Under the pieces are notes generated by a model that ran no database searches, was not told where the DNA came from, and saw only the letters and a program-made list of their open reading frames with translations. Source: a virus (lineage: Duplodnaviria; Caudoviricetes). Taken from it: a stretch of DNA of 64,000 bases. The stretch is taken from positions 32,001 to 96,000 of the IMG/VR virus record IMGVR_UViG_3300014205_000181, one strand, 5' to 3'. Both the position numbers and the translations under genes were made by a program. Numbering within the stretch: the first letter of the stretch is position 1; each line of letters begins with the position of its first letter. Positions 20,354-27,678 of this stretch are shown piece by piece.

Positions 20354-21178
20354 ATGAAAAGAATACCTAAGATAGTTCATATGTATTGGGACGGAACACC
20401 TATGTCTAAACTACAGACTTTTACTGTAACTTCTTTTTGTAGGTTAAATCCAGATTGGAAAGTAATAGTACATCTTGATAAATTAAGGTATCGTGGGAAC
20501 AATAAATATATACCTTCCTATGTACGAGAAGATTATTTCCATATAGTGAAGGATAATAAACAAGTTAATATAGATGAAGTAAATCTTTCTGATTATGGCG
20601 TCAGTGGAGATTTACATCCGATATTAAGATCAGATATATTGAGGTATCATTGGCTATATAATGAGGGAGGTGTTTGGTCAGATTTTGATGTTATTTGGTT
20701 AAAACCTATTCATTATTTAAGCACTATAGCTGGAACTGATTCATTTGGGGTTACTTTATGCATGTACGATGGGAAAAAGAAACATCATAATGTAAGTGTA
20801 TTGGTCAGTTCCAAAGGCCACGAATTTTATAGGTATGCCATATATTTATGCAATGAAATAAAAAATAAAATAACAGAAAACCCGGACCATCAGGAGTTCG
20901 GGAATTCAATTTTTAATAAAGCATTCCCTAAGCCTGAAGACGCCTTGAGTAAATTCCCAGATATGATTAATTTAAAATATGAAACATTTTTCCCGTATTC
21001 TATTTTTAATATGGACGCGCTGTATTTAAGTACGGACTTAACGTATATAACAGACTCGGTTATTGGTGTACATTGGTTTAACGGCCACAAGTATAGTAAG
21101 GACTACGTAAATAACAATGGTTTCAGTAGAGATTGTAGTATGACAGAAATCATTAAAAATGAGGGTTATAATGACTAA
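20354..21178 (+). CDS. GT32-like DxD glycosyltransferase
   Basis: IPKIVHMYW, RSDILRY, GGVWSDFD. Confidence 0.8.
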   Translation: MKRIPKIVHMYWDGTPMSKLQTFTVTSFCRLNPDWKVIVHLDKLRYRGNNKYIPSYVREDYFHIVKDNKQVNIDEVNLSDYGVSGDLHPILRSDILRYHWLYNEGGVWSDFDVIWLKPIHYLSTIAGTDSFGVTLCMYDGKKKHHNVSVLVSSKGHEFYRYAIYLCNEIKNKITENPDHQEFGNSIFNKAFPKPEDALSKFPDMINLKYETFFPYSIFNMDALYLSTDLTYITDSVIGVHWFNGHKYSKDYVNNNGFSRDCSMTEIIKNEGYND

Positions 21179-22004
21179 AAGAAATATTTTTTTATTTAAG
21201 GCAGAAGGAAAAGAAAATTTCGGAGAATACTTATGTAAGAGTGTTATACAAAAGATGGGGTTTGGACTTAATAATTATTCTAATGTTAACCAGATAACAG
21301 AACCAATTGATTATATAATGACTGGGATAGGTGGATTTCTAAACAATGAAATCCATTCTTTATATTTAACTAAAGCCAAGAAGTGGTATGTGTGGGGTAG
21401 CGGAGTTCATTGCATTCCTTTACCTTGGCATAAATTATCGGAAGACATCATAAAGAACAAATGTATTATAACTGCTTTAAGAGGTCCGATGACCAGGGAT
21501 TATTACGGGATCAAAGATGATATTACACTAGGTGATGCTGGCTACTTAGCTTCTTATTTTTTTAAATTCCCAGTAAATGAGAAGAAGAAGAATGTACTCA
21601 TTAATCATCATTATGATAATGTTAAAAAACCGATGAAAGGAATAGATATTCATATATCGTCTTTGATGGACTCAGACATTAATGGTTCTTTTGACAATCA
21701 GTTTAAATACATATTGAATAGTATATGTAACGCAAATATAGTAATGACTAGCTCTATGCACGTAGCTATAGTTGCTTATTCTTATGGTATTCCCTTTGCA
21801 ATGGTAGCCAAGAGAGAGACTGATTTAGTTAAAGAGTGGAAGTGGCATGATACATTATTGAATATGGGCATAACAAAGAAAATAGTATTGTGTGAGAGTA
21901 TAGAAGATGGTTGGGCTTGGTGGAACAGTGTTCAGAAAGATATACGTCCAATTACTAAAGAATATCAGGGAACAATAATAAAGGCATTTCCCGTAATACT
22001 ATGA
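21159..22004 (+). CDS. Polysaccharide pyruvyl-transferase family protein
   Basis: NFGE, VWGSG, LRGPMT, GDAG, TSSMHVAIVAYSYGIP; true start may be the internal MTKRN. Confidence 0.75.
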   Translation: MRVIMTKRNIFLFKAEGKENFGEYLCKSVIQKMGFGLNNYSNVNQITEPIDYIMTGIGGFLNNEIHSLYLTKAKKWYVWGSGVHCIPLPWHKLSEDIIKNKCIITALRGPMTRDYYGIKDDITLGDAGYLASYFFKFPVNEKKKNVLINHHYDNVKKPMKGIDIHISSLMDSDINGSFDNQFKYILNSICNANIVMTSSMHVAIVAYSYGIPFAMVAKRETDLVKEWKWHDTLLNMGITKKIVLCESIEDGWAWWNSVQKDIRPITKEYQGTIIKAFPVIL

Positions 22005-22822
22005 AGTGTTATTTAGCATATTCAGCAAATCCAGATGTAAGACATAAAGCGTCAACTGGGGGATTTTGCAAAGAATTTTTACGTTTTTGCATAGAGGGGA
22101 AAATAATAGATAAGTCAATACTAACAATTCTTGGAGAAGGAGAAGAAGCTTTAATCCCAAGAACTATAATTACTGATGATATAGAGAAGATAATGTCTAC
22201 GAAGAGTAATTCTATATATGATAAAACTAATCCATTATCCATTTTATCTAGTTTGAATAAAAACGAAAGTTATATTTTTGTAGGTTTGCCATGTCATATT
22301 TACTCAGTTAAAAAATATTGCAGCAAACACAATATCCGAATTATAACAATATCTTTATTCTGCAATCATACATCAGACAATAAATATTATAAAAGTGTTT
22401 TAGATAAAGCAAACCTGAGTGAAATAGATGTAAAACATTTCGAATATAGAGGATCTGGATGGCCTGGGTTTGAAAAAATAATTACCAATGAAGACCAGGA
22501 AATTAAGATTGACCATATAGAGGGATGGGATAATTATGTAAAAAAATATATGCAAATGCTACCAAAATGCAAGGTGTGCACCAGAATGATTTCGGAAGAA
22601 GCAGACATATGTGTTGGCGATGCATGGATGCAAAAAGTATTAAATAACGATAGCAATGGAACTAATATGGTTGTGGCGATGACCACAACAGCGGATAAAC
22701 TTGTAATGGATTGTTGTAAAAGTGGATATATTCATATTGAACATTTAGATATATCTGAATTTGAGGCCCAGAATAATAGGTCTGTTAAAATTAAGAAAGA
22801 TAGAAGAGAGGCTTATGAATAG
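22001..22822 (+). CDS. FrhB/FdhB (F420 hydrogenase beta subunit)-like Fe-S protein of the type found in polysaccharide loci
   Basis: STGG, FVGLPCHI, SLFC, YRGSGWPG, CKVC, ADICVGDAW. Confidence 0.8.
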   Translation: MKCYLAYSANPDVRHKASTGGFCKEFLRFCIEGKIIDKSILTILGEGEEALIPRTIITDDIEKIMSTKSNSIYDKTNPLSILSSLNKNESYIFVGLPCHIYSVKKYCSKHNIRIITISLFCNHTSDNKYYKSVLDKANLSEIDVKHFEYRGSGWPGFEKIITNEDQEIKIDHIEGWDNYVKKYMQMLPKCKVCTRMISEEADICVGDAWMQKVLNNDSNGTNMVVAMTTTADKLVMDCCKSGYIHIEHLDISEFEAQNNRSVKIKKDRREAYE

Positions 22823-23675
22823 CTGGAGTATGTCGATCCCTAAGGTTCTCAATTTGTATTGGGGTAAAAATAAACCATTATCTTTTATGAAGTACCTGAC
22901 CGCTTTATCTTTTGTGAAACATAACCCAGATTGGGAGATAATAGTTTATTACCCATCTGTGGTAGAAAGTAAAATATTGTGGGATAGCAATGAACAAAAA
23001 GAATATAATTATGATGACATTGATTATTTTGATAGATTAAGTAATATTAAAAATTTATCTTTAAGGAAAACCGAGTTTGGTGAATTTTCAAACTTATCAG
23101 AAGTACATAAATCAGATCTCATTAGGCTTAAAATATTATCAACATCAGGTGGGGTTTGGTCAGATTTTGATATTTTTTATACAAAATCGATTAATGAATT
23201 CGATCTAAATAATACTGACAATAAATTAAAAGATACATTTGTTTGCTTCACTAGTTATCATAGTATCGGGTTTTTAATGAGTTCTGGGAATAATAAATTC
23301 TTTGAAGAACTATATAAAATGGCAATATATAATATAAAAAATGCTGAAAATCTACAATACCAAAATTTAGGTAGGGATTTATATAATTATTTTTTTAAAT
23401 ATAATGATTATAAAGCGATTAATTATTCAATTAAATTCAATTGTAACATTGCAAACATTACATTTGAAACGGTATATCCACTACAATGGAACCAGATAGA
23501 TTTAATATTTGGCGATAACAAACAGCGATTACCAGAAAATACAGTTGGCGTACATTGGTTTGCTGGATCTCCAATAACATCTAGTGTAGAGAATAAAATT
23601 ACAGAAGAAAATATCCACCTTAATAAAGATAAATTCCTTCTAAAACTAATGTGTGAATTACTTGAAGAAATATAG
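22815..23675 (+). CDS. GT32-like DxD glycosyltransferase, paralog of 20354..21178
   Basis: IPKVLNLYW, KSDLIRL, GGVWSDFD, GVHWF. Confidence 0.8.
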   Translation: MNSWSMSIPKVLNLYWGKNKPLSFMKYLTALSFVKHNPDWEIIVYYPSVVESKILWDSNEQKEYNYDDIDYFDRLSNIKNLSLRKTEFGEFSNLSEVHKSDLIRLKILSTSGGVWSDFDIFYTKSINEFDLNNTDNKLKDTFVCFTSYHSIGFLMSSGNNKFFEELYKMAIYNIKNAENLQYQNLGRDLYNYFFKYNDYKAINYSIKFNCNIANITFETVYPLQWNQIDLIFGDNKQRLPENTVGVHWFAGSPITSSVENKITEENIHLNKDKFLLKLMCELLEEI

Positions 23676-24462
23676 TATTGTGTTTCCTTATTATAAAAGA
23701 TCTAGTCAACTCCATAATTCACTTATTTCGTTCCAACATCACTATAAAGATAGAAATGATTATGAAGTAATTGTCGTTGAAGATATTAAAAACTATAATA
23801 ATGCAGAAGAACACGAAAAACTATTAAAAGTATTAAAGTTTTATACACAAAATGCCGATAAGGTAGTTAATATAAAACTGATAAAATCGAGCTTTGAGAA
23901 TTGTTATAATCCAGCTCCTTTATTTAATTTAGGAGTGAAAAACGCTAGTGGCGAATATTTAATTATAACAAATCCAGAGATATTCCATAAAGATAATATA
24001 TTGAGTGCATGTGATGATATATTGTCTAAATACGATGACCATTATATAGTATTTTCTTGCCTTAATGTTGATGAGTATCCTAAAAGTGTATCTGATTTTG
24101 ATGAATTTACTTTTAAACCAAAAATGTGGTATCAACATTTAAAATATAGAAATGCTTTATTCCATTTCTGTTCCTGCTTGTCGAAGAGACAGTATGAAGA
24201 AATTGGGGGATTTGATGAAATATATTCATTAGGTATTGCATACGATGATGACGATTTCAGAGAAACAATAAATAAAGCAGGGATTCAATTCATAGCAACT
24301 GATTCATTTTTAACATTGCATCAAGATCATGGAAGTGTGTTTGATAAATTGCCTGATTATGAAAAGAGATTGAATAGAAATAAAGCGTTGTATTATTTGA
24401 AGAAGCAAAATAAGTCAAGTGAGTATATTAACCAATTTTTAGGAGAGAATTTTGGTGGATAA
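23653..24462 (+). CDS. GT2-family glycosyltransferase
   Basis: YSIVFPYY, YEVIVVED, NLGVKNASGEY, IGGFDE…AYDDDDF. Confidence 0.8.
   Translation: MNYLKKYSIVFPYYKRSSQLHNSLISFQHHYKDRNDYEVIVVEDIKNYNNAEEHEKLLKVLKFYTQNADKVVNIKLIKSSFENCYNPAPLFNLGVKNASGEYLIITNPEIFHKDNILSACDDILSKYDDHYIVFSCLNVDEYPKSVSDFDEFTFKPKMWYQHLKYRNALFHFCSCLSKRQYEEIGGFDEIYSLGIAYDDDDFRETINKAGIQFIATDSFLTLHQDHGSVFDKLPDYEKRLNRNKALYYLKKQNKSSEYINQFLGENFGG
23834..23861 (+). promoter_or_regulatory. Sigma28-like promoter box TAAAGTTT-N12-GCCGATAA, intragenic, upstream of the tail tube gene
   Basis: Both boxes match the consensus exactly. Confidence 0.5.
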
Positions 24463-25135
24463 AGAGAACATCCGTTTGGGAATTGGGCTTCCATTGGTAG
24501 ACGACAAGGTACACACTGCATTTTTAGATTCCTTTGTGATGATGAAGAAGCCAAATTTCGTATATATTAGGCCAACATTCCCATCAATGCAGATTGATGT
24601 AATTAGAAATCAATTGGTTAAGCAAGCATTAGAATCTGGTTGTACTCATTTGTTGATGCTAGATACGGATCAGGTATACCATGACCCAGATATGATTAGT
24701 AAAATGCTGGAACACGATAAAGATGTTGTATCAGCTATCGTACATAGGCGCTATCCTGGCTTTGATCCCATCACTCTAAGGGGTGAACCTGGGAAGTACT
24801 TAATGGTTCCAGATGAAGAAATTTTAGCAGCAAGAGAATTAGATAACCACCTAATTGAAATAGACGCGACAGGTGGAGGTTGTTTACTTTACAAGACTGA
24901 AGTATTTTTAAAAATCCCGCCAGCTTGGTTTGAATTTTCAAGAACTGAAGGCGGCGATGTCATAGGAGAGGATGTAAATTTTTGTTATAAATTGAAGCAA
25001 AATGGATATAAGATATATTGTGATACGTCTATTGATATTGGGCATTTAAGCAATTTAGAAATAAATTGGGCGACATATCGGCTTTACGGCCACTTAAAGA
25101 AACTACAAAAAGAAGATGAAAATAAGAAATTATAA
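24452..25135 (+). CDS. GT2-like glycosyltransferase, paralog 3
   Basis: LMLDTD, ATGGGCLL, GEDVNFC, IYCDTS. Confidence 0.8.
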   Translation: MVDKENIRLGIGLPLVDDKVHTAFLDSFVMMKKPNFVYIRPTFPSMQIDVIRNQLVKQALESGCTHLLMLDTDQVYHDPDMISKMLEHDKDVVSAIVHRRYPGFDPITLRGEPGKYLMVPDEEILAARELDNHLIEIDATGGGCLLYKTEVFLKIPPAWFEFSRTEGGDVIGEDVNFCYKLKQNGYKIYCDTSIDIGHLSNLEINWATYRLYGHLKKLQKEDENKKL

Positions 25136-25168
25136 ATAAGCAATTATAAATAAGCAGGAGGTATAAAT

Positions 25169-25585
25169 ATGGCACAAGCATATGCTGGACGTGAAACACA
25201 GGTAACATTGAATGGTGGCACAATTAGTCTTTTAGGGTCTTGGACTCTTAATGGGCAGGAAGTTGAGCTTTTGGAGCAAACTGCTTTCGGAGACACCTAT
25301 CGTCAGTTTTTGCCCGGTTTGAAGAGCGGAGGCACTATTTCTTTTAACGGTTTGTACGATGGCACCGATACTGCGGGCCAAACCGCCCTTCGGAATTATA
25401 ACGCTAACAATACTAGCGTGACTGACATTAAGTTATACGTGGATGATACCAGCTATTATACGCCGAGTACCACAAATCCATTATCATATTGCTGGGTGAC
25501 TGGCTTTGATGTTGGCTCTGAGGTCGGTGGCTTAGTCACTGCTACATTTTCACTCGCCGTGTCTGGCAAGATGGTACTCGTATAA
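25169..25585 (+). CDS. Major tail tube protein
   Basis: TAFGDTYRQFLPGLKSGGTISF; strong RBS; upstream of the chaperones and TMP. Confidence 0.8.
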   Translation: MAQAYAGRETQVTLNGGTISLLGSWTLNGQEVELLEQTAFGDTYRQFLPGLKSGGTISFNGLYDGTDTAGQTALRNYNANNTSVTDIKLYVDDTSYYTPSTTNPLSYCWVTGFDVGSEVGGLVTATFSLAVSGKMVLV

Positions 25586-25599
25586 TAAATTAAATAATT

Positions 25600-25680
25600 G
25601 TGGGATAGGACGGCCATCCGATAAGCATAGACCTAGCTATGTTTCCCACTCTTTACAATTTCTAGGTTTCTGCTAGGAGA
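25600..25680 (+). ncRNA. Putative structured cis-regulatory RNA upstream of an HNH gene, copy 3
   Basis: P1 GTGGGA/TCCCAC; P2 GGA-CGGCCA-TCC; GATAAG; P3 CATAG/CTATG; loop ACCTAG complementary to CTAGGT at 25662. Confidence 0.7.
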
Positions 25681-25684
25681 AAAT

Positions 25685-26551
25685 ATGGAAGAATTAAGGT
25701 TTTGTGAATGCAATTGTGGTGAGAGAGTTAAAAATAATAGGTATCGATTTTTATCGGGTCATGCTAAGAATCTAGCTAACCAAGAACCTCCGTTGTGTGC
25801 TTGTAATTGTGGGCAGAGAGTTGAATTTGATCATTGGAAAAATCGGTGGAATAAATTTGTAAATAATCATTACGTCCCTACAGAACAAGCAGTAAAAAAT
25901 ATTTCAAAAGCGAAAATTAAAAGTAACGAAACCAAAAGAATGAATAGGATAAAGGAATTGGGCCATCCTCCTGATTGCGCCTGTGGTTGTGGTGGAAAAG
26001 TATCGATGAATAGGAATCATTCAAAGTGGAACGATTATTTAGTTGGTCATTTCCCAAAGGTTAGAAAAGTATCAGAAATTACTAAACAAAAGTTATCTGA
26101 TATTGGGAAAGAGTTGGTCGGAGAGAAAAATCCATTTTACGGGAAATGTCATTCAAAAGAAACTAAAGAAAAATTAAGTCTATTAGCTATTGCGATGGGA
26201 AAGACAGGAGAAAAAGCTAATAATTGGAAAGGTGGAATACACCCGATCTACCAGACAATAAGAAATTGTGAAAAATATCAATATTGGAGACTTAAAACAT
26301 TCACCAGAGACGGGTTCGCTTGCCAAGAATGTGGAGACACAAAATCCAGGTTTAATGCTCACCACATATATCAATTTAAGCAAATTTTAGATGATTATAA
26401 TATTACCACTCTTGAACAAGCCATAGCATGTGACGCTTTATGGGATATAGATAATGGAATCACACTTTGTAAGGAATGTCATAAAGAATTGCATAAAGCC
26501 ATGAATAAGGCACTACGTAGAAAACAAAAGTTGCTTAAGACTATCAATTAA
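25685..26551 (+). CDS. HNH homing endonuclease with NUMOD3 and CxCxCG repeats
   Basis: CACGCG, NPFYGKCHSKETKEKLS, RDGFACQECG…AHHI…NGITLCKECH. Confidence 0.85.
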   Translation: MEELRFCECNCGERVKNNRYRFLSGHAKNLANQEPPLCACNCGQRVEFDHWKNRWNKFVNNHYVPTEQAVKNISKAKIKSNETKRMNRIKELGHPPDCACGCGGKVSMNRNHSKWNDYLVGHFPKVRKVSEITKQKLSDIGKELVGEKNPFYGKCHSKETKEKLSLLAIAMGKTGEKANNWKGGIHPIYQTIRNCEKYQYWRLKTFTRDGFACQECGDTKSRFNAHHIYQFKQILDDYNITTLEQAIACDALWDIDNGITLCKECHKELHKAMNKALRRKQKLLKTIN

Positions 26552-26655
26552 AAATTTTACCAAGTATTTAAGTATTCAGTTAAGAAACTATCTAACCAAA
26601 TATCTAAACATCGTTAATAAGTACCTAAAGAGTAACCACAACTTAGGAGACCGCC

Positions 26656-26901
26656 TTGCATAATGTAAAAATTACATTAAAAAACGGTTCTAGTACTACT
26701 GGAATCGTAGAAGTAGATGGTAAAATTATGAAATGCAAGAGGGTAGAGTTCAAGGCTGATATTAATGATACTCCTACTGTAATACTAACCATAGTACCAA
26801 ACATTGTTGAAATCAAAGCAGATGCTTTTGTTTTAGAAGACACTACATCTATGGGAGATGAGTGGCGTAGTTTTAAAAAATATGATGGAGGTAATGAATA
26901 A
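26656..26901 (+). CDS. Hypothetical protein
   Basis: TTG start with AGGAG RBS. Confidence 0.5.
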   Translation: MHNVKITLKNGSSTTGIVEVDGKIMKCKRVEFKADINDTPTVILTIVPNIVEIKADAFVLEDTTSMGDEWRSFKKYDGGNE

Positions 26902-27312
26902 ATGACATGGGATCTCGAAAATATTAATCCAAGCGTCAGGCACAACTTCAACGACGATGAGTACGTAGATTTTAGATTGGTTAGTGATGAGAAGATGCAG
27001 GAAATCCGCAAAGAAGTTGGCCTGAAAACAAAGCAGCGTTATATTCCTAATCCGAATACCAAACGCATGGATGTAGTACAGGATATGGACTTCAACGATG
27101 ATCTAATGACTAAGTTCAATGATGCCATTATTTGTTACCAGATTGATAATTGGAATCTTAAACAACCTACTGGATTAGAAATTCCATGTACCGATGAGAA
27201 CAAGAAGAAGTTGTACTATGGCTCTCCGGTTTTCTCTAAATGGGCGAATAATTGTTTAGCTAAGATGCAGTCAAAGGTTGATGAAATTGAGGAAGTAGAA
27301 GTAAAAAACTAA
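26902..27312 (+). CDS. Tail assembly chaperone (gpG-like)
   Basis: Between tail tube and TMP; IDNWNL…EIPCTDENKK; ends in slippery A AAA AAC. Confidence 0.8.
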   Translation: MTWDLENINPSVRHNFNDDEYVDFRLVSDEKMQEIRKEVGLKTKQRYIPNPNTKRMDVVQDMDFNDDLMTKFNDAIICYQIDNWNLKQPTGLEIPCTDENKKKLYYGSPVFSKWANNCLAKMQSKVDEIEEVEVKN

Positions 27313-27656
27313 TCAGCTACATGGAGAGGATTGAGAAAAAGCCTAGATGTAGTACTTGCAGGAAATTGAAACAGCATCGGAACTCTCCTCCACCGTGTAG
27401 CGAATGTGTGCCAGAATTATATGAAAGTAACCGAGACGCAGCTAAGATTTGGAATCTAGTGCAAGATCAACGGATTTGGGTTGGTGGCGGGATGGGGGAA
27501 CCAATTTCTGTAGCTCTTGAGCAAGCAGCGTTGTGGAAACTTTTAGATGAATTCAAAGTACAAGATAGAATAAAAACGTTTATTAAAGTCCTGAAAGTGT
27601 TTGAACATTTTCATGGAATAGAGATGAGGCAAAGAGCTATGAGGAATTCTAAGTAG
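27303..27656 (+). CDS. Tail assembly chaperone gpT-like extension, reached by -1 frameshift
   Basis: The -1 frame after AAAAAAC (27303-27309) runs stop-free into ORF 27321..27656. Confidence 0.75.
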   Translation, partial: KKLISYMERIEKKPRCSTCRKLKQHRNSPPPCSECVPELYESNRDAAKIWNLVQDQRIWVGGGMGEPISVALEQAALWKLLDEFKVQDRIKTFIKVLKVFEHFHGIEMRQRAMRNSK

Positions 27657-27678
27657 TGATTAAGTTTGGTGAGTTTCC

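Noticed and set aside
22001-22822. F420 hydrogenase subunit as evidence of a methanogen host or energy-metabolism gene
   Set aside because: No other hydrogenase subunits are present; the context is a glycan locus, and the lysis genes are bacterial-type.
26552-26655. Imperfect AA(G/C/A)TA(T/C)(T/C)TAA repeats after the HNH gene
   Set aside because: Too degenerate and AT-rich to support an operator array or a gene.
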